From Candidatus Dojkabacteria bacterium (lineage in GTDB: Bacteria; Patescibacteriota; Dojkabacteria; B142; OLB20), in NCBI GenBank assembly GCA_035444565.1, contig DAOMOX010000004.1, positions 12,000 through 75,999 of the forward strand: a stretch of DNA of 64,000 nucleotides, read 5' to 3'. Shown one piece after another: positions 10,189 to 21,600 of this stretch. The notes below the pieces were generated by a model, which was not told the origin of the DNA, did no database searches, and saw nothing but the letters and a program-made list of their open reading frames with translations. Made by a program: the position numbers and the translations under genes. Position 1 is the first letter of the stretch. The number at the start of each line of letters is the position of its first letter.

Positions 10189-11292
10189 ATGCAAGAAGTA
10201 AGAGATAAAATTAAAATTCTTGAACAGAGAATTAGTGATATTAAAAAAAAGAAGAATCCAGAAGCATTGGAATCCAAGTTAGAAGTAGTAAAAGCACAGT
10301 CCTCTCAGGAAGATTTGTGGAATAACCAGGAAAATGCACAGAAAATTATGAAGACTTTGAGTACTTTGGAAGGTGATATTGAAATGTTGAATAAAAATGA
10401 TGAAGAGCTTGAGGAGATTAAGTTGATGCTGGAAATGGTTGAGGACAAAGATAATACTCCAGGTGAACCTGATCCAGAAGTTTGGCAAGAAATCATAGAT
10501 ATGTGCAATACACTGGATAAAAAGCTAGATAAAATTGAAATCACGACATATTTACACGGAAAATATGATGAAAATGATGCGATTTTATCAATTCATGCTG
10601 GGCAAGGTGGTACGGAAGCAAATGATTGGTCAGAAATGCTTATGCGTATGTATCTAAAATATTTCCAGAAGCAGGGTTTCGAAACTGAAATTACCAATAT
10701 TATTAAAGGCAATGAAGCAGGTATTGGAACTGTAACAATTGAAGTCAAAGGTAGATTTGCGTATGGATATTTGAAACACGAACATGGAACACACAGATTA
10801 GTGCGAGTATCACCATTTAATGCTCAAGGTCTGCGTCAAACATCTTTCGCACTTGTAGAAGTAATGCCAATAATCGAAGATGACTTCGAAGTAAACTTAA
10901 AACCCGAAGATATTGAGTTTGCGGCAGTCCGTTCCTCAGGAGCAGGAGGTCAAAATGTAAATAAAGTGGCTACTGCGGTGAGGTTAACACATATACCAAC
11001 GGGTATAGTGGTAGCATGTTCCGTCGAGAGAAGTCAGTTGAGAAACAAAACGTCCGCAATGAATATGTTGAGAGGTAAACTTTTCCAGATTGAAATGGAA
11101 AGGCAGTCTAAAGAAAAAAGTAGTCTGAAAGGAGAACACAAAATTGCAGGCTGGGGAAATCAAATTAGAAATTATGTGTTACATCCATACAAACTTGTAA
11201 AAGATTTAAGAACAAACACTGAGAGCCAACATCCTGAATCAGTCCTAGATGGTGGATTAGAGGAATTTATTGAGGCTGAGATTAAATTATAA
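10189..11292 (+). CDS. prfB: Peptide chain release factor 2
   Basis: Has the SPF motif ([16 protein letters not shown]) and the GGQ motif ([13 protein letters not shown]). The ORF is continuous, with no programmed +1 frameshift. Confidence 0.9.
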   Translation: MQEVRDKIKILEQRISDIKKKKNPEALESKLEVVKAQSSQEDLWNNQENAQKIMKTLSTLEGDIEMLNKNDEELEEIKLMLEMVEDKDNTPGEPDPEVWQEIIDMCNTLDKKLDKIEITTYLHGKYDENDAILSIHAGQGGTEANDWSEMLMRMYLKYFQKQGFETEITNIIKGNEAGIGTVTIEVKGRFAYGYLKHEHGTHRLVRVSPFNAQGLRQTSFALVEVMPIIEDDFEVNLKPEDIEFAAVRSSGAGGQNVNKVATAVRLTHIPTGIVVACSVERSQLRNKTSAMNMLRGKLFQIEMERQSKEKSSLKGEHKIAGWGNQIRNYVLHPYKLVKDLRTNTESQHPESVLDGGLEEFIEAEIKL

Positions 11293-11739
11293 ATTTTTCC
11301 AGTTATCTTCGTAATCTGAGATTTTTTTCAATCTTCTGATATGTCTTTCTTCTCCTGAGAAATCTGTGTTTAGCCAAGCAGTAATGATAGGGAAATCTTC
11401 GTCTTCTTCAAAAGTCATATCATCGAGGACCAAAATATTAGTGTCATCGTCCTCTCTAGCTTTTACTGCATGTTCTATGGATTCTGCGTATCCTGCACGT
11501 ACGCCCTTAACTTTGTTGCATGCTACACACACTCCGATACCTGATCCACATAAAATAATGCCTTTTGCATTTTCTTTTACAACTAACTCTCCGAGCATAA
11601 ACGCGTAATCAGGGTAATCATCATCTGGGTCATATTCTTTTGCCCCTATATCTATAAACTCGATATTGGACAAATCTAAGAAATGTTTTAGCTTTTCTTT
11701 TTCATCAAAACCTCTGTGGTCAGCAGCAATATATAGCAT
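11287..11739 (-). CDS. rpiB: Ribose-5-phosphate isomerase B (RpiB/LacAB family)
   Basis: [11 protein letters not shown]…[22 protein letters not shown] is typical RpiB. Confidence 0.85.
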   Translation of the reverse strand: MLYIAADHRGFDEKEKLKHFLDLSNIEFIDIGAKEYDPDDDYPDYAFMLGELVVKENAKGIILCGSGIGVCVACNKVKGVRAGYAESIEHAVKAREDDDTNILVLDDMTFEEDEDFPIITAWLNTDFSGEERHIRRLKKISDYEDNWKNL

Positions 11740-11782
11740 ACCTGTAATTAAACTATAATTATAAATCTATTCTAACAGAATT

Positions 11783-12478
11783 TTATTCTATTGTTAAAAA
11801 TTGACCAGGTACAATCAATGCCTGACTTCCATCGGCTAGAAAACCTATCGAATCAGAATTATTCGCTAAAATTGTTGTCCATTGTGAACCATCTCCATAG
11901 ACGGCTTCTGCGATCTCCCAAAGTGTATCACCAAGTTTAACCTGATAAGTTCCAGTACTGATATCCCCTTTTACATAATCTGTAGCTCTCCAAACTCCTG
12001 TTTGGTTAATAGTTGTTTGTATTTGAGTGGACTTTGTTTGTGCTGTTTCGGTTGTTGAGTCATCTCTTCTTGTAGAATTTCCACCTGCAATTTTTCCATC
12101 TTCATCCTCATCGGTACTATCTTTGTCACCGTCTCCTTCATCATCACTATTTTCACTATCTTCTGAATCTTCGTTTTCACTGTTGTCGTTTTCGTCATCT
12201 TCTTCGCCATCGTTATTTTCTTCTGCAACCTCTTCGTTCCTATCAAAGACATCAGGAAGATTGATACTCACTCGGTCAGATATCAATGGGTAAATAATGA
12301 ACCCAATACCAGCCAGAATAAAAACTCCTCCCAATAACTTGAGTACCCATGGTTTAATTCTTAATTTGGAATTTTCCATATCTTTGATTACCGATTTTTC
12401 AAACTCTTTTGGGTTTGGCGTGTCTTTTTTTGGGGTAGGAGCGGTTTTCTGTTTAACCTTTACAGAATTCTTGGCCAT
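11783..12478 (-). CDS. Membrane-anchored LysM-domain protein with a long acidic (D/E/S-rich) linker
   Basis: N-terminal TM. Low-complexity acidic stretch. C-terminal LysM: YQVKLGDTLWEIAEAVYGDGSQWTTILANN. Confidence 0.7.
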   Translation of the reverse strand: MAKNSVKVKQKTAPTPKKDTPNPKEFEKSVIKDMENSKLRIKPWVLKLLGGVFILAGIGFIIYPLISDRVSINLPDVFDRNEEVAEENNDGEEDDENDNSENEDSEDSENSDDEGDGDKDSTDEDEDGKIAGGNSTRRDDSTTETAQTKSTQIQTTINQTGVWRATDYVKGDISTGTYQVKLGDTLWEIAEAVYGDGSQWTTILANNSDSIGFLADGSQALIVPGQFLTIE

Positions 12479-12660
12479 TTTTAGTAATATGAAAATTAAA
12501 GTCTCGGGGCAGAAACAATATGTTTAAATATAACTTAATTTTACTACTGTTTGCAAGTAAAGCGATATATATTCTTAAGTAGTTTATGTTTTCTTGCTAA
12601 AGAGAGCTTAAATTGTTAAAATCAGGGCTATTCATTTAGATAATTCAATATTAAAACAAG

Positions 12661-12927
12661 ATGGCAAATACAAGTTCTGCAAAAAAAGCGATAAGAGTTA
12701 GCGCTAGAAAGAAAAAAGTAAATTCAATCAATAAAGAAAATTACAGAACTGCAAAAAAAGCAGTTTTAAAGGCTGTCTCAGATAACAAACCAGCACAAGC
12801 GAAGAAGTTATTAGTGAAGGCATATAGTGCGCTAGATACGGCATCAAAGAAGAAAACTCTTCACAAGAATACAGTATCAAGATACAAGTCTAGACTTGCA
12901 ACTCAAGTAAACAAGATTTCTAAATAA
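12661..12927 (+). CDS. rpsT: 30S ribosomal protein S20
   Basis: MANTSSAKKAIRVSARKKKVN…, basic, 88 aa. Confidence 0.9.
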   Translation: MANTSSAKKAIRVSARKKKVNSINKENYRTAKKAVLKAVSDNKPAQAKKLLVKAYSALDTASKKKTLHKNTVSRYKSRLATQVNKISK

Positions 12928-12996
12928 ACATTGAATTTAGTCAACTTTCATTTTGTCTGATTTACTGATACTATTTCATATTGACTATGTTTTATT

Positions 12997-13527
12997 ATGA
13001 AAGTAACTAATCTCCCCATTACTCCAATCGTTGCTATTATTATTAGTAAACTTTTAGGAATTATCTTTGCGTCGATAGTATTTGGAATAAGCTTCGAATT
13101 TAATGGAATTTTATCGTTGTTTGGTCTAGGAAATCTCGATAATCAGACAGATATGATATTACTCTCCTCCTACTCTGATTTGTTTATGTTCACTATTATT
13201 AGTTTGATCTTGGTAATAAGTCTGATGATGCATTCTAAAAATGAAAAAAAGCAAATTAGTAAGGAAGATTTAGACAAATATCTAACATCAAATCAAAAGA
13301 ACACAATATTGGTAGCAAATAAATTATATGGGAGTGCACTCTATTGGTTAATTTCAATATGGTTAACAAACTTGTATGTACTTTTTAATACATTGACAGG
13401 TAAAACATATCTGTGGATTTATCTCTTAGTCTTGATGTTAACAGTTTCACTCACATTATATTTTTATTATGATCTTAAGCGAGAAATACATCTCGCTAAG
13501 ACAAAAGTTTTTAATAACGATTTATGA
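12997..13527 (+). CDS. Hypothetical integral membrane protein
   Basis: Four predicted TM segments. No recognisable motif. Confidence 0.4.
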   Translation: MKVTNLPITPIVAIIISKLLGIIFASIVFGISFEFNGILSLFGLGNLDNQTDMILLSSYSDLFMFTIISLILVISLMMHSKNEKKQISKEDLDKYLTSNQKNTILVANKLYGSALYWLISIWLTNLYVLFNTLTGKTYLWIYLLVLMLTVSLTLYFYYDLKREIHLAKTKVFNNDL

Positions 13528-14630
13528 AAGCAGATAGCGTAAAGATTGAAATTACTCTAAAGTCCCTGATTCTGATTTTGATATTTATTCTGGGAATTAC
13601 TGCGCTGTGGGAACTTAGGTTGGTTTTTATCTTTCTATTCTTTTCTTTCATAGTAAATTCTGCACTTAGGGCCTATGTAGATTATTTTCAAACGAAGAGA
13701 ATACCAAGGATTGCTTCTACGGTTTTTATTTTCCTGACATTATTCCTAATATTAAGTCTGATGACAGTTACGGTATTTAGCGAGACAGTGGAACAATTCA
13801 AAAACCTTGTTATGCTTATGCCTCAGCTTCTTACAAATATTTTATCGGAACTATTTTTAATATTCCCTTGGCTGAAAGACTTGATAGATCTACAAGAATT
13901 CAAAACTCAATTTTTAGATGAATTAACGAGTGCAGGAGGCATTTTCTCATCCGGAATATCAAGTGCTTATAATATCTTGAATTCAGCAATCACAACATTG
14001 GGAGGTGTCGTTACGATAACCATGCTTTCAATTTATATGTTGGTTAGAAAACAAGAAATCTATTCAAGTCTGATTAATTTTCTACCAATTTCAAATCGTC
14101 AAAAACTTAAATACAATAAAAAATTGATGCTTGTAGAAGAGAAACTGGGAGAATGGGTTCGAGCACAGTTGTTTATGATGGGTTTCATTGGTGTTTTGAC
14201 ATGGGTTGGTCTAGTCACACCATCAATCTTCTTTGAGAGTTACCAAATGAATCAGTATGCACTTCCAATCTCTTTCATTGCAGCTATCTTAGAAGCAATT
14301 CCAACTTTGGGCCCTATTGCAACTGCAGTTATCGCAATTATAATTGCTTTGGGGTCAGGTTCTAGTCTGGGTACTGTCATCTTTATTGTCATCTTGTTCT
14401 ATTTAATCCAACAACTTGAAGCAACTCTAATATTCCCAAATGTTATGGCAAAAGTCGTTGGTGTGGACCCTATTGTTACAATCGTTAGTGTAATCGGAGC
14501 ATACATATTATTTGGAATCGTTGGAGCAATATTTGTAGTTCCTTTAATTGCTGTAATGAGAATCTTACTCGGTAATGAAATAAACAACCTGGTTGAACAA
14601 CACATGAACGATAGCCCAGAGGAGGTTTAG
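13524..14630 (+). CDS. AI-2E family transporter (PerM/UPF0118)
   Basis: Multi-TM. Conserved AILEAIPTLGPIATAVIAIIIAL and IQQLEATLIFPNVMAKVVGVDPIVTIVSVIGAYILFG match the AI-2E signature. Confidence 0.7.
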   Translation: MKADSVKIEITLKSLILILIFILGITALWELRLVFIFLFFSFIVNSALRAYVDYFQTKRIPRIASTVFIFLTLFLILSLMTVTVFSETVEQFKNLVMLMPQLLTNILSELFLIFPWLKDLIDLQEFKTQFLDELTSAGGIFSSGISSAYNILNSAITTLGGVVTITMLSIYMLVRKQEIYSSLINFLPISNRQKLKYNKKLMLVEEKLGEWVRAQLFMMGFIGVLTWVGLVTPSIFFESYQMNQYALPISFIAAILEAIPTLGPIATAVIAIIIALGSGSSLGTVIFIVILFYLIQQLEATLIFPNVMAKVVGVDPIVTIVSVIGAYILFGIVGAIFVVPLIAVMRILLGNEINNLVEQHMNDSPEEV

Positions 14631-16759
14631 TTTGTAAGTTTCTTCCCAGTTAGTTTTTCGTATAAATCTCTCATCTCACTTGCTAATTCGAACTCCATCA
14701 TATCGGCATAAACAAGCATCTGCGTATGGATTTCTTCAAGTAAGTCGGTTCTTTGTTTTTTGTCTAGAATTGTAAAACTTTCTGCACGTTTATAGAAATT
14801 CTCGTCTTGAACTTTACTGCTTAATTCTTCTTTTTTGTCTTTTCCTACTAATTGTGTACGAATTTCTTTCTGGATGCTTTTTGGTGTGATTCCGTGTTCA
14901 ATATTATATTTATTTTGGATTTCTCTTCTTCTCCTTGTTTCTGAAATCGCATAATGCATACTATCAGTTACTTTGTCGCTATACATGATGACATTGCCTT
15001 CTTGGTGCCTTGCTGCTCTTCCAACAATTTGTATTAAACTTGGACCAGTTCTCAAAAAGCCTTCTTTATCAGCATCTAAAATTGCAACCAATGAAACTTC
15101 AGGTAGATCCAAACCTTCTCGGAGTAGATTTACACCCACTAAAACATCAAATTTACCAAGTCGAAGATTTTTTAGAATTTCAACTCTGTCCAAAGAATCA
15201 ACATCAGAGTGGATATAGGAAACCGAAATGCTTACATCTTTTAAATAAGTAGTCAGATCTTCTGCCATTCGTTTGGTAAGAGTTGTGACAAGCACCCGTT
15301 GTCCCTTCTTGATTGTGTTCTGGATGCGTATCAACAAATCATCAATTTGGTTTCTAGCTGTGAAATTTTTCTGCAAAACCTCCATATCTAAATATTTTCG
15401 TTTCAAGACTGCCGATTTGAGTTTCTCCAAGTTTGAACTTAAATCAGGATACAACTCAATCAATGGATCCAATAAACCAGTAGGTCGAATAAGTTGTTCT
15501 ACAAAACCTCCATAGTTTTTAGGAAGTTCGGATGAATTTGTTTTTCTTGAAGATTTCTTACTCAAATCTAGCTCAAACTCCCTAGGAGTCGCTGAAACGT
15601 ACACTACTTGGTTTATTCTTTCGTAAAACTCTTCAATTTTAAGCGGACGGTTATCCATAGCCGCTCTAAGCCTAAATCCATAATCTACGAGCACTTCTTT
15701 TCTAGCTTTATCACCGTTATACATCCCTTTTACCTGTGGTAGTGTCATATGTGATTCATCAACAAACAAAAGCCAATCATCTGGAAAGTAATCAAGTAAA
15801 GTAGAAGGTGGAGAACCTGGTTTTCTATTATCAATATACCTCGAATAATTTTCAATTCCTGAACAGTACCCAAGTTGTTCAAGCATTTCTATGTCATAAT
15901 TCACCCGCTCATTAAGTCTGTGTGCTTCTAAATCTTTTCCCCTCTCCTTCATAATTGCCACTTCTTTTTCCAAGTCTTCTTTGATTTTGGGTATTACAAG
16001 TTTTAGTGATTCGAATGGAGTAACAAAATGTTTGGCAGGAAATATTTTAAATTCTTCAAGTCGTTGAACAACTTCCCCTGTGATTGGATTAATTAATTTT
16101 AATGCCTCTATCACATCTCCGAAGTATTCAACTCTAAGTGCGAAATTCTCGGAGGCAAGAAAAACATCTAAAATATCACCTCTGATTCTAAATAATCCTG
16201 AATAGAAGTCGTACTCGCTACGCTCATACTGCATATCGTTTAGATGAGTTAGTAGTTTGGACCTTTGGTAAGAATCGCCTACTTTTAAAGTTCTACTTAG
16301 AGAAAGATAGTCATCAGGATTTCCAAGACCATAAATACAAGAAACTGATGCAACAATAATTGTATGCTTACCACTAAGTAAGGATTGCGTTGCTGCGTTT
16401 CTATATCGTTCAATTACTTCATTTAGAGTCGATTCCTTTGCAATGTAAAGGTCTCTTCTAGGAATATATGCCTCAGGCTGGTAATAATCATAGTAAGAAA
16501 CGAAATATTCCACAGCGTTCTCGGGGAAGAATTCTTTAAATTCAGAATATAATTGAGCGGCTAATGTTTTATTATGTGCTAATACTAAAGTAGGCTTTTG
16601 GAGATTTTGAATAATATTTGCCATTGTGAATGTCTTTCCAGATCCTGTAACCCCTATTAATGTTTGATTTTCTAAGCCAACTTCCAAGCCTTTCGACAAA
16701 ATGTCTATTGCTTGGTGTTGGTCACCTGCTGGCTTGTATTCTGAATGTAATTTAAACAT
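14627..16759 (-). CDS. uvrB: Excinuclease ABC subunit B
   Basis: Walker A GVTGSGKTFTMAN, helicase motifs and a C-terminal UVR domain. Collinear with UvrB. Confidence 0.95.
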   Translation of the reverse strand: MFKLHSEYKPAGDQHQAIDILSKGLEVGLENQTLIGVTGSGKTFTMANIIQNLQKPTLVLAHNKTLAAQLYSEFKEFFPENAVEYFVSYYDYYQPEAYIPRRDLYIAKESTLNEVIERYRNAATQSLLSGKHTIIVASVSCIYGLGNPDDYLSLSRTLKVGDSYQRSKLLTHLNDMQYERSEYDFYSGLFRIRGDILDVFLASENFALRVEYFGDVIEALKLINPITGEVVQRLEEFKIFPAKHFVTPFESLKLVIPKIKEDLEKEVAIMKERGKDLEAHRLNERVNYDIEMLEQLGYCSGIENYSRYIDNRKPGSPPSTLLDYFPDDWLLFVDESHMTLPQVKGMYNGDKARKEVLVDYGFRLRAAMDNRPLKIEEFYERINQVVYVSATPREFELDLSKKSSRKTNSSELPKNYGGFVEQLIRPTGLLDPLIELYPDLSSNLEKLKSAVLKRKYLDMEVLQKNFTARNQIDDLLIRIQNTIKKGQRVLVTTLTKRMAEDLTTYLKDVSISVSYIHSDVDSLDRVEILKNLRLGKFDVLVGVNLLREGLDLPEVSLVAILDADKEGFLRTGPSLIQIVGRAARHQEGNVIMYSDKVTDSMHYAISETRRRREIQNKYNIEHGITPKSIQKEIRTQLVGKDKKEELSSKVQDENFYKRAESFTILDKKQRTDLLEEIHTQMLVYADMMEFELASEMRDLYEKLTGKKLTN

Positions 16760-17945
16760 TTTTATTTTCTCGAACTATTTTTTCCATAAATTGTGAGTAG
16801 AAATGAAGATTATGAATGCTCGCAAGTCTGTAACCACTTCCCTCACCTATTTTTAATAAATATCTGAGATATGCTCTGGAAGTAGTTTTGCAAGTGTGAC
16901 AACCACAACTACTATCTAGTGGACTTTCATCATATTCATAACGTGTATTCGATAAATGTAATACTGAGTAATTATCATATTCTTTATCACCAATTTCATT
17001 ATTAACGTAAATATATCCATGTCTTGCATTTCTGGTGGGTAATACAGTGTCGAACAAGTCCCATCCTACAGAAATCGCAAACCTCAGATTATCAGGGGTA
17101 CCTACTCCGAGCGCGTATCTAAGTTTATCTTTAGGCATTGATTCTGCTAGGAATTGTAGAAGTTCTTTATAAAATCCACCTTCGTGTGAATAGTCCCATG
17201 TTCGCTTCAGTTGTAATGGCAGTCCTCCAAGTCCATAAATGTCAAATCCCACCTCTACAAGTGCTTCTAGGCTGATTTTTCGGTATTCAAAATTGCTTCC
17301 TCCTTGTACTACAGCAGTCAATAATGGCCTTTTTACTTTAGGATTATTAAAATCATCTTCTGATAAATTATTTAATTCTAGAAACATTTTCTTAGATCTT
17401 TTGGCCCAATCGGTTGTACGTTCTACAGATCTTTTGATGTCAGTAAGGCTCGCATTTTCGAGTACTGGCTCGTCGAGCACTACTCTGATATCAGAGCCGA
17501 TTTTGGCTTGGATCTGTTGTGATGTTTCTGGAGATAGGAATTTATACTGTCCAGATTCATAATCAACAAAACTGCATCCTGCATCAGTTATTTTATTTTT
17601 CACATTTGGCCTTCTAGCGATCAAAGAAAATACTTGAAAACCACCACTGTCAGTTAAGACTGGTTTATCCCAGCCAGTAAGTTTGTGGAAACCGCCAAGT
17701 TTTGCAATTTTTTCACTCCCAAGTTTTTGCTCAAGATGAAGTGTATTAGTGACAATAGCATTTATACCAGTTTCTTCTAGGTCTTTAAAACTCATATTGC
17801 TAATTGTTCCGTACGTTGCGTCGGGCATAAAAACTGGAAAATTCAAATCACCATGAGCCGTTTCAATTTTACCTTTTCTTAAACTTCTATCATTTTCATC
17901 GAAATTGATCATCAATTTATTATTAATTCGTAAAGTTTTGCCCAC
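16752..17945 (-). CDS. tgt: Queuine tRNA-ribosyltransferase (tRNA-guanine transglycosylase)
   Basis: Zinc site CGCHTCK…RAYLRYLLK. Collinear with Tgt. Confidence 0.9.
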   Translation of the reverse strand: MGKTLRINNKLMINFDENDRSLRKGKIETAHGDLNFPVFMPDATYGTISNMSFKDLEETGINAIVTNTLHLEQKLGSEKIAKLGGFHKLTGWDKPVLTDSGGFQVFSLIARRPNVKNKITDAGCSFVDYESGQYKFLSPETSQQIQAKIGSDIRVVLDEPVLENASLTDIKRSVERTTDWAKRSKKMFLELNNLSEDDFNNPKVKRPLLTAVVQGGSNFEYRKISLEALVEVGFDIYGLGGLPLQLKRTWDYSHEGGFYKELLQFLAESMPKDKLRYALGVGTPDNLRFAISVGWDLFDTVLPTRNARHGYIYVNNEIGDKEYDNYSVLHLSNTRYEYDESPLDSSCGCHTCKTTSRAYLRYLLKIGEGSGYRLASIHNLHFYSQFMEKIVRENKNV

Positions 17946-18691
17946 TGAACCAATGTCAATTCACTAGCTCGTGATTTTTCTGACAATCCAAGTTTAATAA
18001 GTGCTTCGACAATTTTGTCTTTGCCATATTCCTTAAGATTACTGGCTAAAATCTTTCTTGGTGAAGAAAAGCCGATTCTAATTAGTCTCCATAAGTCTTT
18101 AGAATTAATATTATTCTCTGCAATATTTGAGAATGTGATTATTTGGCCATCTACTTTTGGTTTTGGTGTGAAGTATATTGAAGGTACGACTTTTGAAAGT
18201 TTTATGTCTGAATGTAAACTCGCAAAATTACTTAGAATCGTAGATTTTGGGGCCTTAGCTGAATATTCTTTTGCGACTTCTTTTTGTATGATTAAACTAA
18301 TTTGAACAGGTTTGTGAGTATTTGTCAGTAGATTATAAATAATCCTCTTTGAGATATTATAAGGTAATGAGCCAATCACTTTGTATGGTTGTTTTGCTGT
18401 AATCTCAGAAAAGTCAATTTCAAGAACATCTTGATGAATTATTTTAACTTGATTATTAAACTTGTCTGTTAGGTATGGTATAAGACTGTCGTCTTTTTCT
18501 ATAAGTATTAGCTTATTTGTTCTCTTTAAAATCTCTTCTGTAACATATCCTTTACCAGGTCCAATTTCAATCACCAACTCATCATTCTTTATTTCGAGAC
18601 TATCAACCAATTCATTGATATATTTTTTATTGTTAAGGAAATTTTGCCCAAGACTTTTCTTGAAGTGATGAGAGTAGTAGTCATTATTCAT
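17912..18691 (-). CDS. rsmA: 16S rRNA (adenine1518/1519-N6)-dimethyltransferase
   Basis: SLGQNFLNNKKYINELV…VIEIGPGKGYVT is the KsgA/RsmA SAM-binding motif. Confidence 0.9.
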   Translation of the reverse strand: MNNDYYSHHFKKSLGQNFLNNKKYINELVDSLEIKNDELVIEIGPGKGYVTEEILKRTNKLILIEKDDSLIPYLTDKFNNQVKIIHQDVLEIDFSEITAKQPYKVIGSLPYNISKRIIYNLLTNTHKPVQISLIIQKEVAKEYSAKAPKSTILSNFASLHSDIKLSKVVPSIYFTPKPKVDGQIITFSNIAENNINSKDLWRLIRIGFSSPRKILASNLKEYGKDKIVEALIKLGLSEKSRASELTLVQWAKLYELIIN

Positions 18692-21600
18692 TGTAGATAT
18701 ATTTTTTCACAGTAGTGATAAACTCTGGAGATACTCTGACGAATCTTTCGATACTTTTTTTTGCACCCAAATCTCCATATATTATTGTTAATTTAATATT
18801 TCCGGGGTTTTGAATTATAGCTTTTTTGATCTCCATAAGTCTAGATTTATCCTTCTCTCTTGATATATCGATGCTTAGCTGGTCTTGTTTATCAATATCA
18901 CTTGCATCTGCCATATCATCAACGATTAAACTGAATTCATCATTCCTGAAATTTACAGATGCTTGCACAAATACAGACCTATTTTCAACCAAGAAATTAT
19001 TCACCTTCTCAAAAGCATCCGGGAAAACAACCGCCCCACCTTTACCTTCCATGTCTTCAATATCCAGGAAAGCCATTGGCTTAGAGCCTTTTTTTGTATA
19101 TATTTTTTTTACTTTTGAAATCAATACAATAATTTTTATTTTGGTGCCTGATTTCATTTTTTGTGCTTGACGCAAATCTATAAATTTATTGAGTAAAATC
19201 ACATCTGAGAAAGCTTCTAACGGATGTTTGCTCAGATAAATGCCCAACAATTCTTTCTCCCAACCAGTTTTTTCTTTGTCAGTTTCTTGAGGTAGTAGAG
19301 GTAATGGAGTAGCTGGAGTTTCAGTTTCCTCGCTTGAAATGCCAAATAAAGTTGATTGACCTCCTTTTAGGGCTTCTTCACTTCGTTGTATTTTGGTATA
19401 CACGATTGGTGCAACCTCAATCAGTTGTGTTCTCGAACCAAACTCGTCAAGCGCTCCTACTTTGATTAGATTTTCTAGGTCTTTTTTTGTGAGTCCATGG
19501 GTTCCCACTTTGGTGATTAAATCATCAAGGTTTTTAAATTCGCCTTTTTTATTTCGAGCTTCCACAATATTCTCAAGTGATTTAGTTGAAACACCTTTTA
19601 CCCCGCCCATTCCAAAACGAATCTCTTTGTCACCTTCGATAATAAATTCCAAATGACTTTTGTTAATGTCAGGTGGTAGTAGTTTGATTTTCATGTTCTT
19701 CGCCTCTTTCAGATCACGCTCAAGTTTATCGATTGAGTTAATGTCGGTTTCCATCAATCCAGCTAAAAATTCCAAAGGATGATGTGTTTTTAAATATGCT
19801 GTTTGATAAGCAATCATTGAATAGCAAGCGCTGTGTGACTTATTGAAACCGTAATCAGCGAAGGGTTCTAGATAAGAAAATATTTTTTCAGCAGTTTTTT
19901 TATCTCTTTTGTTTTTAACTGCCCTCTCAAAAAATAATTCTTTTTCTTTTGCCATTACTTCTGGTTTTTTCTTACCCATAGCTCTTCTAAGCATATCGGC
20001 TTCTCCAAGTGAGTAGTTTGCGAATTCCACAGCTATGTTGATGACTTGCTCTTGATAAATCGCAAATCCGAAAGTGGTCTTCAGGATTGGCTCGAGGCTA
20101 GGATGAATGTAATCAATTTCTTGTTCTCCTCTTTTGCGTAAAATATAGTCTGGGATGTATTTCATTGGTCCTGGTCTATACGCTGCATTCAAAAACACCA
20201 GGTCTTCAAATTCAGTTGGTTTCAAATCACGTAAGTATTTTTTCATTCCTTCTGATTCAAACTGAAAGATTCCTGTGGTATCTCCTTTTTGAAATAATTC
20301 GTAGGTTTTCTTATCTTCTAGGCTGATTGAAGATAAGTCTAAATCAATATTTTTTGTTTGTTTGATCTTTTTTAAAGTATTTTGGATTACGGTAAGATTA
20401 GAGAGACCTAGGAAATCGAACTTCATTAATCCTAAATATTCGATATTGTGACCTTCTACTTGAGTTATAAGTTTGTCTCCTCGTACTTCTTTTTGTATTG
20501 GAACATAATCTGTAATCGGGGTCGGTGTTACTAAATATCCACAGGCATGGATTGATACGTGTCTAGCAATGTTTTCAAGTTTTTCAACGTATTTAGCTAA
20601 TTCTTCAAGCTGAGTGGAACCTTTAATAATTTCATCAAACTCCTCGACTTCATCACGCATTTTTTGAATGGTATGTACCCTACCAAATTTTACGATTACC
20701 ATTTTCGACAGTCTATCTGCGATTTGCAAATCTATGCCCATTACTCTTGCAACGTCTCGAATCGCGGCTTTCGTTTTTAATCTTCCAAATGTTCCAATAA
20801 AGCTGGTGTTTTCATGACCATACTTTTTGCTCATGTAATGAAACAATTCATCACGTCTATCATCTTGGAAATCAATATCAAAATCAGGTGGTGATGGTCT
20901 TTCCGGATTTAAGAATCTCTCAAAAATCAGTCCAAATTTGAATGGGTCCAAATCTGTTATACCAAGTATGTACGCAACTACACTACCAGCCCCAGAACCT
21001 CTTCCTGGTCCTACCAATATACCTTGGCTCCTCGCCCACGTAACATAATCTTCTACAACCAAGAAATAGTCGTTGTAACCTTTGTTATTGATTATTTCTA
21101 ATTCGTAATCAATACGTTCTTGCAGTTCTTTTGTTAACTCAGAATAGCGGTTTTTAAGAGAATCCATTACTTTCTTTCTCAAAGAATCTTTCGTTTTTTC
21201 AGGTGAGAGTTTTAAGTCATATTTAGGTTGTACTCTTTCGAATAAAATGTCGTATTTTTCAACAGAATCAGCAATTTTTTGTGTATTCTCGAGAGCTTCA
21301 GGATAATCTGGAAAGAGCTTTGCTAGCTCATCTTGGCTTTTAATATAAAACTCGGTGGAGGAGTATTGACGACGTGCTGGATCTTCAAGTTTTTTCCCAT
21401 CACTAATACACCAGACAATTTCTTGGACTTTATGGTCTTCTTTTTCAATATAATGTGTGTCACAAGTAGCAACATAAGGTAATTTAAGTTTTTTGGCAAT
21501 TTCTACTTGTTTCTCAACTAAATCTTCTGCTTCTTTAATTCCGTTCCTTTGTAGTTCAATATACACATCATCAACACTACTTTGTAAAAATTTTATCCAT

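Noticed and set aside
10189-11292. Programmed +1 frameshift in prfB.
   Set aside because: The RF2 reading frame is continuous from Met1 through the SPF and GGQ motifs. No in-frame stop near codon ~25.
11971-12527. ORFs 11971-12252(-), 12027-12293(+) and 12297-12527(+) in the LysM gene region.
   Set aside because: They overlap the acidic low-complexity linker of the LysM protein. The repetitive GA/TC-rich DNA generates open frames in several phases. The LysM-containing frame is the only one with a domain signature.
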